A program made the position numbers and the translations under genes. A DNA stretch of 58,733 nucleotides, counting the filler, from Dugesia japonica (lineage: Eukaryota), in the NCBI GenBank assembly GCA_001938525.1. It is 5 parts of 5 records of this genome, joined end to end, with 100 filler letters (N's around TTAATTAATTAA, not from the genome) between each part and the next. Parts side by side here need not be neighbours in the genome. Positions count along the whole stretch, not along the records: positions 38,755 to 49,058 come from MQRL01358573.1; positions 49,159 to 58,733 come from MQRL01561465.1; 3 more parts are not named here. The stretch is one strand, 5' to 3'. This document shows, piece by piece, positions 38,848 to 50,320 of this stretch. Each line of letters opens with the position of its first letter. Position 1 is the stretch's first letter. The notes below the pieces were generated by a model, which was not told where the DNA came from, did no database searches, and saw only the letters and a list, made by a program, of their open reading frames with translations.

Positions 38848-40380
38848 GAAGTATTGAAATGGTTATAGATATTACAAGCCCGACTGTAATAATATGTCCC
38901 ATAATAAAAGTAATCTATATCTAGGTTATTATGAAAGGCATTACTTTTGGATTAAAAGATTATAGAAATCTCGGTGAGAAATCTTCACATACAGGGAGTG
39001 GTTCATAATTATGTGACAGATGTTTTAATTATTCAAGAACAATAGATGCTTTCAAAACGCATAAAGAGTTTTGTGAGTCAATTGATAATAAATCTAGATT
39101 AATTTTTCCGGTTGATATAAAAAATCAGTTAAATGAGGCTATAAAAAATATAATCAATGTCAACATCCAGTAAAAAGAAGAGACTTACTCGAAAAATGCA
39201 CAAAACTAAAACACAAATATGAAAGAATGTCTAATCTAAAGTTTTCACAATTTTATTATAAGTTAAAACAACCGTTTGTGATTTATGCCGTTATCGAGTC
39301 GTATCTGGCAAAAACACCAAGAGTTATTACTACTGTTGCAAGAATAGTAAATACCAATATTCCATATACAATTACGCTCTATTTCAAATCTTTATATCAA
39401 GAATCAGCGCAAGATTATACTAAGGTTTTCTATGGACCTAATTGTATGGAAGAATTTATTAAATTTGTGATCGGAATAGAAATCGGAGTGTATAACACTC
39501 TTGAATAATTTTTAAAGAAACCTATATAGCAAAACTAACAGATGATGATTTACTTAATTATTCTAATTCTTCCGATTGTTGGATTTGTGAAAAACCGTTG
39601 TGTGGTAATAAGGTTTTAGACCATGACCACTTTAATGGAAAATATAGAGGAGCAGCACATAAAAGCTGTAACTTAAATCTAAGTTTGAAGAATTTATTTT
39701 TACCTATATACTTTCATAATGGAAGTGGATATCATTTTCATTTATTTATAAAAGAATTAGCAAAACAAACTAGATTAATAGGACGGGTAGATGAAATAAA
39801 TATAATACCTTAAACAGAAGAGAATTACATGTTAATTTCATATTGGAAAGTGAGATTTTTAGATAGTTATCGAATGTTGCAAAACTCAATAGAGGCAATA
39901 TCAAAATCATTAACAAAAGATGAAAGTAAAATATTATATAATTTTTGTAAAGAATCAACTAGATTAACTCAAGATATTAAAAGATTAACTTTCGAAAATA
40001 CAACGAATGATATTATCGGAAATCAAATAAATGGAGAAATAACTAATAATGTAGGTGAAGGATTAAATATAGAATCAGTAATTCTTGAATCAGTTTCACC
40101 TGATGCATTATTTGACTTAATCAAGAAAAAAGGAGTTTATTCATACGAGTGGATCGATAATCCATCAAAATATTATGAAACACATTATAAAATAAATGGT
40201 GGATTTCATCTTTTATCAATTAAATCGTTTTATTCAAGATTATATAATTATTTGCCGATTCTTGAGTATTTAATATTAAGTCAGATGATTTATATAAAGA
40301 AATAAGAGAAAAGAATTTTAAAGAAATATTTAACCTCAGCAATTATAAAATAAATAGCGCTGTTGCAAGAGAATTACAAT
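38848..40380 (+). pseudogene. Polinton pPolB N-terminal half with endonuclease VII-like insertion
   Basis: CWICEKP..LDHDHFNGKYRGAAHKSCN, FHNGSGY, RFLDSYR, KKGVYSYEWID. Confidence 0.9.
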
Positions 40381-40715
40381 TGTTGGGGTTCCACCTAAGT
40401 TTATGGTAAAATAAGATGGCTGGGAAAAAGTCAGCCCTTCAAGGGACCCTTTCAAGAACCCGGAGTTTCAAAACCCGGAGTGCTTGTACTCAAGTCAGCT
40501 TTGTCTAAATACATAGAGAAAGGGTAAGTTAAAAAAATATAAAATAATAATATATAAAAATATACATAAAATAATAATCATCTAATAAATATATATGTAT
40601 CTCCGTAAAATATGGAAGCTGTGAAAAAAACATAGTATATAACTGTGAGAATTAAAATTAATGTAAATAAATAATATTGCATAACCAGAAACAATTACGC
40701 ATATAAATGTAGATA

Positions 40716-41912
40716 ATGGAATTTGGTCTGGACTTATCGATAAACGAGGCGAGACTTATAATGAATGATCCAGATATTAAGTTACATTGTATGAGCCAAG
40801 GTCGGGAGAAAATAAAACAAATTTCAATAGTCCAAAACATAATGCACTACCGTAACAGTTTGGGAGCACCAGAAAATTTCATACGCCGAAGAGTATGATA
40901 TAGTCAAACGAAGGTTTTCGACGAAAAGTATCCAGATGAAAATACAAGAGCAAAATCTTTACTCGAGTTACCTAAATATTTGCATGGACTTATTCAGGCT
41001 ATAGCCAGATTTGGGTTTTATTACACCGGTACCCAAGAACGGCCAGATAAATTAAAATGTATATATTGCCAAGGAAACCTGTGCAAATGGAGCATGAACA
41101 ATAAACCCAACCGAGATCATAAGAAATGGTTTCCTACCTGTCCTTTTCTGTTAAATCTAGATGTAAATAATAAAACAAAACTCGTCAAATGAAAGAAATC
41201 AAAAATTGAAAAAATAACTCCGGATCCAAAAAAGTTATATTGTAAAATTGTAAAAAATCTAGTGGAAGTAACACTACCTGATGATCTTGAATGGAATGTC
41301 GAAGCTAGAGAAAAAGCTTTTCAAGAGGCACCAGACCTAATAGAAGAGGCCATGGAAGGATTATATATCATCCAACGGACAAATAACCAAGTTATAAAAT
41401 GCACAACATGCAAAAGAGAAACGTTGTTATTAAAGGGGGTAGAGAAATTGCCAAAGGATATATTCCACCACAAAACATGTTCAAGATTGAGCCAAAGTAA
41501 TGAGGAAGAATTACCAGTAACCACCTGTAGAGTCAAATGGAATATGTCCAATAACAGAATGGAAATGGCGATCGAATAACAGCCAACAGACTAACCAATA
41601 TACTTAAGTTAAAGAGGGAAAACATCAACCAACTGATAAAACAAACGGTCGCAGGGAAAGGGACAGAACTAATCACACCTTATGAATTATATCAACAATC
41701 ATTCAGAAAAGAGAATCAACAAGTAAAGTATGAGCAAGAATGGGTATTAATGGATAATAATTGTGTAATATGCCCGGAAGAAACAATCGAAGTCATATTT
41801 CTTTCATGNNNNNNNNNNNNNNNNNNNNNNNAATTCCGCGATAAATTTAAATGAATGCCCTATGTGCCGGAAAGTAATCGAACGTAGGGTATTGGGAATA
41901 AAATTTCATTGA
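40716..41912 (+). pseudogene. Inhibitor of apoptosis (BIR, degenerate BIR, RING), intronless, with stops
   Basis: ARFGFYYTG..DKLKCIYC..W..DHKKWFPTCPFL; second KCTTC..HHKTC; RING CVIC..IFLSC[gap]..ECPMCRKVI; ORFs 40716, 40980 and 41262 share one frame. Confidence 0.9.
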
Positions 41913-42013
41913 TCAAATAAACGTAAAATACGTAAATACTGTATATTAGATATATATATTTGTCAAACACTTTATTTAAACTAAATTAATCACTCCCTCT
42001 AATTTTAGAAAAA

Positions 42014-42961
42014 ATGAATACCGAAAATTTAATAAATCATCTGATAAACGAAATTCAAATCTTGCAAATTCAAACCCAAACTCTCTCAACAATACCCGAA
42101 GTTACAAAATGGAAACTAGAGTAAAAAATAAACGCCCTCTCGAATCTGCAGCTGCAAAATTACAACAATGAATTAAAGGGACAGATAGAGAAAGCTCGCC
42201 ATGAGCTAGAAACCAAAAAACGATCTTGCAAATCCCACCAAAAATACATAAAAAGCAACATAGACACAAATAAAGCTAAAATAAATGCGATAAAACAAGC
42301 ACGAAACTGAAAGATCAAATATGAGCAAGTCGAACCCACAAGAAAAAAACTCAAAAATCAGTTACGCATTGAACAAGAAAACACCCAAATTCTCAGAATG
42401 AAGTTATTTAACACACAATTCAAGAAAACCCGCCTGGCAAGAGAAAATCAACTACTGACCAGCCTGGCCAATCAAGACGGTGTCAGAGCTGGCATAGATA
42501 AACTGTCATTGGAATTTGAATGTATAATTCAAGAGTATCAGAAGCAGAACGAATACAACGAGCAGTACAAATCCGCACTAGAAAAAGAAATCATCGAGTT
42601 GAGTAATCTTTGTCTAGAAAAGGAAACAAACATCAACAAGAAATAACAGCATCTAATCAAACAATTCGCAATAATCAAAAAGCTGCAGCAATTGCATGTA
42701 GTTTGTCAACCTATTTCTCACCCAGTTGTTACTTGGAATGTCATACCAGTTCTACCTAGTACAAGAGGCCTACTCATTCTAAACCCACCAAAATCATCAC
42801 TAAACCCAGCAGCCCCAGCATGGAAATTAATACCACCGATAATCTCGCCAATACCAAGACAATCAACACCTCTAATAATCCAGGAACCCAAAAATTATAG
42901 ACACAATCTCTCAATCCCAACGTGGTCAATAAGCAAAACCTCGGTAATCAACCAAACCTGA
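42014..42961 (+). pseudogene. Long coiled-coil protein with Pro-rich tail
   Basis: ATG just after ttttag acceptor; Q/E/K heptads; several stops. Confidence 0.6.
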
Positions 42962-43697
42962 CCAAATAGACGCCAATGAGAGTTCTAAAACTCTGCAAAA
43001 AAATCTAAAAATTATGGGCACCACCAATCAAAGCAAGACAGTTGGAATTAAAAATAACCAGCCAATAACAACTATGTCGAGTTGTAAATGAACAGCTATT
43101 AACCCCCCCCCCCAAAAATTTAGACGAAAACACTTTTTTGATATTCACAAAATTTTGAGTGGAGATTGCAACCATTACAAATACATAATCTTAAAGCAAA
43201 GAAACTCTCGACAATTAACCAGTGTAAGCCGGTAAACTCTAATTGTTGATTTCAATTGTTACAAACAAATTGTAGAAACAAATCTCGCTCACCAAGTGGA
43301 AAAAATTCTTATTATAACCCAGTGGAATTAATTGAAGATACGAATAACCGAATTTGCTCAGCATTCATCCTCTTCGCAGAAAATTTTTTATCTATTAGTA
43401 AGTGAAGGGTTCATATTTGTTTATTAAAAAATATTTGTTGAAAATTATATAAATGATTAATAAATACTTAGTGTTAATTTCCATTATTATTTCTCAAACA
43501 TTACATACAGTATTTAACATTAGGAGTATTTTGATTCATAGATAGAAAAGCGATGGCCTCATAAACGGACACATTAGTCCCGATCAACCAGTGTCGATTT
43601 TATATCTTGATGTAACCACAAAGTTTGACATCGTGGACTTACGATATTTCAAAACTCATACAATCGAGACGCCGGCGTACTAATATAAAGAGCAAAT

Positions 43698-44009
43698 TTG
43701 TCAGCTAGAGTTACACATGAGGAAAGACTGATGGACGCCACTGACAGACAAGCATATTATCAGTGGACCGGCCCAGATCGTAGTCGCGTCATCCTTTCGG
43801 CGCGCGTGATATCTACTAATTACGCCAATGGAATGCCAATCTACGAACGAGTATGGATAGAGAACACTACACCGTCTCCAATGCCCGTCACGACACTGGT
43901 AAGATTAGCGGGGTTGATTAACGATAACCTTTGGAGAGCTCGGAATGCGTCAAACAATAACAATGATGAAAACTCAGATCCCTATCCAGCCGACGAACCT
44001 TTTATTTAA
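43698..44009 (+). CDS. Orphan cargo ORF (3' part), distant homolog of 1509-1769
   Basis: YQWTGPDR motif, same slot in the element, AATAAA near 44025. Confidence 0.5.
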   Translation: MSARVTHEERLMDATDRQAYYQWTGPDRSRVILSARVISTNYANGMPIYERVWIENTTPSPMPVTTLVRLAGLINDNLWRARNASNNNNDENSDPYPADEPFI

Positions 44010-44179
44010 AATTGGTGTTATGTGAAATAAATATAGATAATGAAATCTTCTTTAATTTAGTTAACTTTTGTTCTCTACCAAAATAACTCAAACTTTCACG
44101 TAACTTTATTTAACAAATAATTTTAAAATCGGTTATATACAATTGTCTTCTTGTTCTAACTTATAATCTACAATTTTAG

Positions 44180-44538
44180 TGCATTCTTCATCAAATCGAG
44201 CTGTAGTGCCCACCAAGAAAATAAGGGAATCCAGTGATGAGACCAAGATCACATGGGACCTCTATAAGCTGGCGAAAAAGCGATAGGATGCCGATACTGC
44301 TTCGACTGAAACCAAAGTCCGCAGGTACAAAAAGAAATGCCTAGCATTTAAAACAGAGGCCGAGGCGTCTCATGACTAGAAGAGGGTATGGAAAACCCAA
44401 TTAGAATCGCTTACGGAGATCATCCGGTCCTACCAAGACCGAGAAAGTAAACTGGTTGGTGATATTTTAAAATTACGAAGGGTTATGCCCCTTTCACCAC
44501 TTATGGTGGACAAAGGAGTACAAACTTCCCGACCATGA
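44180..44538 (+). pseudogene. Coiled-coil cargo ORF, homolog of 2050-2420, two TAG stops
   Basis: ttttag|TGCATTC start; codon-level conservation with copy 1. Confidence 0.75.
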
Positions 44539-44668
44539 ACTTCGCTCATTAATTTTAATCGTATAATAAACAACTTCATTTGTCTGGGGTTTTAGAATAA
44601 TTCTTTAGTTTATGTTTAATTACTGTCTTAAATAACCTGTAACGAATAATTAATGTACTTTTATTTAG

Positions 44669-45027
44669 TGCCACGTATAATTTTCCCTAACAGCTTACGG
44701 CGTTGTCACAGAATAATGCGGAGACTACTTCTTGAACGACACCTCAAACGCCAGTTCGAATGTGCATTGATCAAACACCTTGCACAACGAAATAAGCTTA
44801 TAAAAATGCTAGATCTCATAGTTAAGAAACAGGGAGATATAGCAGAACAAACGAAACAACTACTTCAAAATAAAATCGATTTTTTGAAAAGATATATTAG
44901 ATTTATCCTGCCAGCACGGAAACGCGTCATGGTTACAATGGAACGACAATGACGATGAAGCGGCATTTAATTTTTTAGATGACGATCCCCCCAGTGGTTA
45001 GACCCGGGTGCTATGGATTTCATGTAA
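44669..45027 (+). pseudogene. Cargo ORF, homolog of 2527-2909, frameshifted near the end
   Basis: atttag|TGCCACG start; PRIIFPNSLRR..QWLDPGAMDFM*. Confidence 0.75.
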
Positions 45028-45701
45028 TATGATACAAAATATAATTTAGTTAACGCTTTATTAATTGATTTTGAAAGTGATAGTATAGGGAAAATAAAAA
45101 ACCCGAACTAAAGGTGTATGAGTGTGAACCTCCAGTAAAGGTCGAAGGTCAGCCGCTCTACACTGATTATCTAATTTAGGGACATTAGATTTAATTTCTT
45201 GGAGGGGTACCCCTGATGGCCGTTTTTCCCCGGCCAGTATTTTTGTTTATCGTCAGCTCAGGTGGGACCTCAACAATATTATTATTTATTTACCTACTTA
45301 CCTCAAAACTCAAGCAACGAAAGGATTACACCTGAATCACATGCATAAGTCATTGTTAATAAATTTCTTTCACGTAAAAAAATTATCAATTTTTTAATGA
45401 GTGCGCTACGCACTGAAAATTGCTTGCCCAACAGTGGATTGAAATAATTAATTAATTTTTTGCAATCAATAACAGTCAATAAATTAAATTTTGTTAAATG
45501 AAAAAAAAAATTGGTACTAAAATAACAAATAAGTATCATATATAAACTTTAGACACTCTGATTAACCTTTATGATTTATTTTTAAATATAACTTCGAAAA
45601 TAAAATTATAAAGACTAAATAATAAAAACAAAATTGAATTATTTACTACTTTAATAAAATGATTTACTAATGGATTTTAATATTAATCTATAGAATTATA
45701 T

Positions 45702-47090
45702 CTAGAGCTTTAGAAAATCATTTTTAATTCTATCTTGCATTACTTCAAGTGAAAATGAACGAGTAGATTCTCGACTGAATCTTATTAAATACAATCCAAA
45801 CATAACCGCGAGGGGTAAATCCATACGTCCGTCGAAATAATGTATAATGATTTGATTTAGAGCAGTATCAAAACAAGCTAAACTGATTCCATTAATATCT
45901 ATGGATACTTTTATCCCGTGATTTAATAATTTTTGAACCAGATAAAGCTGAATTATTCCTATCACTACAACTGCTGATACTACTTGAGGTAAGTGCACAA
46001 TCTGATACGTCAGAGTAATGATTACCAATACGTTTCATAACTTCAGGTTTTTTCGTACATGAATTCAAGAAATGATTTATATTTATTCTTTTATCTGCTG
46101 GTACTGATAAATCTTTAAAGAAATATGAATAGAAATTTCCAATACTAATGATATCACCCGGCTGTAATACCATATAATCAGCAACTTCAATCACATTAAC
46201 GGAAATGGTTAAATCGGGAATAGAATATAGATTTTTTAAATGTAACTGAACCGTTTATTTTACTATTTTCTGGGTTAAGTTTTTTAAATAGACAAATTCT
46301 TTGATTTGGAAAATGAGTTAATTGTTTTAATATAACGTCGACATTACAATTTGGAGATCCAAATAACAGTTTGAAGATATTGGAATCATAAAATCATTAC
46401 CATCCAAACCGTCACCTTTTAATGTTAATGAATGAGGAATTTTTGGTGTTTTCATTGATGACTTGCGTCGTGTTGCAATTCAGGGAACAGTTTGTTGATA
46501 GGTTTTATTTGATTAACTTTCATATTCAGTGCTACTTTTTTGTTAAGATGACGAAAAAGTATCTTGAAGAGATTTAAAATGTGCTAAAAATGATTCATGA
46601 TTTCACTATCACAAGAAATCATTTGACTATTTTTTGCTGCTGAGCAAATTTCAATTCGTNNAGAAAATCCAATCATGGGCTTCTNGTAATTTAGCAATGT
46701 TAAGATANAATCAGAATTCATTAGTGTTCTTNGATTTTGTTCTATGAAGATTGATGGTTGTCCACTCTTAGCTATAGTATTTGTAGTACTTTCATCTTTA
46801 GCAAGCAGTAGGCAACGAACAACCGTTTCCACTAACACAAATTTATCCATTGATTTATTCAATCTAAAAATTTTAATCATTCTTCCATATTATCCACTGA
46901 TTGACAAAAACTTGTTATTAGACTTATAATATGGATCAATAGATAATTCAACATTTGCACTTACTTTACTGTATAAAAAATCAGTCTGTGGGGCAGTCGA
47001 ATATACTAAAAAAAGTAGTGTCATGTGACGGCGATTTAATAACAATACCACACGCACTTAAGAATAAGACTGATAAAACATAATTTCACA
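45702..47090 (-). pseudogene. Unidentified frameshifted gene divergent from MED7, possibly OB-fold
   Basis: Chain of minus-strand ORFs; VLQPGDIISIGNF is OB-fold-like; Ns and frameshifts. Confidence 0.35.
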
Positions 47091-47507
47091 ATTTTAATAC
47101 ATAAACGAAAAGATACACACAAATCATTAAAATGGATTATAATGAATTTTTATCTTTGAAATTTTAAAGTCTTTATGAATGCTTATTTATATTTAATTTA
47201 GATTCAATTTAAATAATTTTTGAGAAAGTATTTTCATTAGGTTTTAATTTTTTTTAAATAATAAACAACAACTTTTAAATGACATCAATTTTTAAATTAT
47301 TTATCTAAAAAATTGTGTATCAAAATTGTGTATTGAAAATAATTTTGAATAACTGACATTTTCATTTTTTGTGTTTAAATGTTATTAAATATTAATACTT
47401 AATATTCGTGTAGTTTTAAATTAGTTACTTTTTAAAATTAAATTTAAGAAATTCAAATTTTCTGTAAATTAATTAATAAATTTTTGAATATTGTGAAGCT
47501 TAGTAAC

Positions 47508-48333
47508 ATGAAACCAGTTACAAATAACTTTAAAACTCATGATAATACAAATGCAATTCATCGAACTCCTTTTCCTCTTGCACCTAAGTCTTACGTTTCG
47601 AAAGATACCAACGAAGCAGTAGCTAACGATTCTTTTCCAGAGCCACCTCCACCACCTATTCAATCATCAGAATATATGAGTTTTGATGAACCTTGTTTCA
47701 AAGTTGACCATGTCATACGATCACTAGAATCTCAAGGTGTTCATGGATTATATCCTCAAGTAATATTTGTATTTCTGTTAATCTGTAAATGATTTTTTTC
47801 AGATTTATGACCACAAAAAAGAATTTAAATTATACGTGTCAATAGTTGCTAATTTCTTAGAACTTGTACAAATATTAAACCAAGAACCAGGTTCCTCGAA
47901 AAGAGTGGAAAAACCTGAGAATATTGCCCACATTGTTATTAAAATTTATAATTTACTCAATGAATATCGACCACATCAAGCAAGAGATACATTAAGAGAT
48001 ATTTGGAAAATTCAAGTAAATTATTCAGCATCTAATTTATTTTTCATTTTTTATTTATTTCAGGCAACTGATAAATGTTATGTGCTACCCATGATTTCTA
48101 TTACGAAAAATAATTTGAATTCAAAAAACGACGATGAACTTATAGATCGTCGTGAAATAAGCTATGATGATTTAACAAATCAATTGGAAATAAAAACTAT
48201 TCAATTAGTTGCCTCATGTTGTATGTTAATTGGATCCAACATTTTTAAAAATGAAGAGTTAATGCAGAAAAATAATTTATTAAAGCTACTCTATGGTTGT
48301 TTTTTGTTTTTAATATTAATATGTGAAAAATAA
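47508..48333 (+). CDS. MED7: Mediator subunit 7; introns 47760-47802 and probably 48016-48063
   Basis: PPPPI, IRSLESQG..LYP, DHKKE, SIVANFLELV, LLNEYRPHQARDTL. Confidence 0.9.
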
Positions 48334-49696
48334 TTTAAAATCTTTAATTAATAAATTTAAATAATTGTAACAATCAATTAAATAATTTTTTAAATAATTT
48401 CTGATCATCTTGAATATTTTTAAAATTTATATTTGAAAAATTGTATTTGAGAATATTTCACTGGTGTATTAGCGAAACTTTAATTTCTTCTAACCGTTTA
48501 AATAGTAAGTTTACATTTTACATGAACTACTTAAACAGATTTTTCTTTGAGTAAACTTTTTATCGACGCTCACGCTAGGTTGGGTACATCCGATCTAGGA
48601 ATTTTAAGAGCAGCACTGAGTTTCATTAGTACTTATAACGTGAGGAAAGATTAATTAACTGTATTATTAACGACACAAGTTGATTTCATGAGTTGAATTA
48701 CAACATGAGAATTCTTTTAATTAATAATTGATTTTCGTCTCAATAATTGATTTTTTATGTGTTTGCCATAACAGTTTTTCAAATGTATTTATATATATTT
48801 CTATTTGTATTTTGTATCTTCTGTTTTAGTCAATGCATCCGATAACAAAATTAGAGACAAAAATATGACATCAATTAGAGTTGATATAGATAGGTATAAT
48901 AAACTAACATTTTTATTTTAACTTAAAAATGCTTTAGTAGAAAAAAAATGGTTAGAATAATGAATAATGGTCAAAGTATACCAGTAGTAATGCATAAAGA
49001 GCATAATCAAGTTTTACCTGATAAGAAATGTAATGCAACTAAACAATCAAAATTAAAGNNNNNNNNNNNNNNNNNNNNNNNNNNNNNNNNNNNNNNNNNN
49101 NNTTAATTAATTAANNNNNNNNNNNNNNNNNNNNNNNNNNNNNNNNNNNNNNNNNNNNATCAAATGGATTATATAACATAACATGGTAATCCGTGATTTT
49201 ACTAAAATAAAATATATCAATTTTAAAATTTTTTCTTTTTTATTTATGTTTAATGTCATTATGAATAAATTAACAGTAATCGAATTGAAATTACATCATA
49301 TTTTATTGTCGAATAAATATTTATCAATAACACATTTTAAATAGAACTATAAAATTTAATTTAAAATGATTATCAGGTTTCTGCAACGGATTTCCGCAAA
49401 TTTTTCTTCTTTTCTTAATCGGTTAAACAGGTGCGATCCAAATTATTTTTGAAAGATATCTTCTGTTTTTTAATTAAATGATTACCTCAAGTCCGTATAA
49501 AAACTTTATTACTTGGCCTTGATANNNNNNNNNNNNNNNNNNNNNNNNNNNNNNNNNNNNNNNNNNNNNNNNNNNNNNNNNNNNNNNNNNNNNNNNNNNN
49601 NNNNNNNNNNNNNNNNNNNNNNNNNNNNNNNNNNNNNNNNNNNNNNNNNNNNNNNNNNNNNNNNNNNNNNNNNNNNNNNNNNNNNNNNNNNNNNNN

Positions 49697-50320
49697 ATTT
49701 TGTTTTATGTTTCTTATTGGTGCTGGTGCCAAATTTTTGATTTTTTCTATGAATTTTTTATTTACTATTGGTGCCTATTTTTGGAGCACCTTGTGATTCT
49801 TGTTTCTTTATTTCACGTTTCTTTTCTGGCCTCTGATTGGCCTATTCTTCAAAACCTTTTATAGGCCCTCTTGATAATGGTAGGGTATTCTTGTTAGAAA
49901 ATTTCATTGCCCCGTAACATTTTTTCTTCAGATTTTATTTCTAGGGTCTCTTGTGATCTTCTAGAGCAAAGATATCCTACAAAAACTGATTTTTGTTCAA
50001 TTAAACTTCTTTATCGGAGTAAATTAATTAATTTTTCCTTGTTAATTAATTATTATTTTTACCGATAATTTTCTTGTTTTTCCTTAATAAATAATAATTT
50101 TCTTTAATTATTGAAATTGATAAGAGTTAAATTCATCCATCTGATGTTTTTTTTCTGCATTTTACCTTTCCTTCTGATTTTCCATTAATTATATTCATTA
50201 TAGTTTTACCGGAATGATAATTATTCCTAATTAGTTTTCCGGCTTCCTTTCTTCATTTTATTATTTCTAACTTGGCCCCTGGCCCAAATTCCTTCTAAAA
50301 CCGGGTGTTTCACCCCAACA
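49697..50320 (-). mobile_element. Family B element end with decayed Lys-rich reading frame
   Basis: ...CCGGGTGTTTCACCCCAACA terminus; layout similar to 29649-30018. Confidence 0.75.

Larger units (their letters stand above)
40381..45275 (+). mobile_element. Family A cargo element, 4895 bp, imperfect ~80-bp TIRs TGT...ACA, no transposase
   Basis: Left TGTTGGGGTTCCACCTAAG..GGGAAAAAGTCAGCCCTTCAAGGGACCCTTTCAAGAA; right (rev-comp) TGTTGAGGTCCCACCTGAG..GGGGAAAAACGGCCATCAGGGGTACCCCTCCAAGAA; no exact TSD. Confidence 0.8.

Noticed and set aside
40716-41912. TGA read-through or alternative genetic code in the IAP and cargo ORFs
   Set aside because: TAA/TAG stops and frameshifts are equally common, stops differ between copies, and TopBP1 reads cleanly in the standard code
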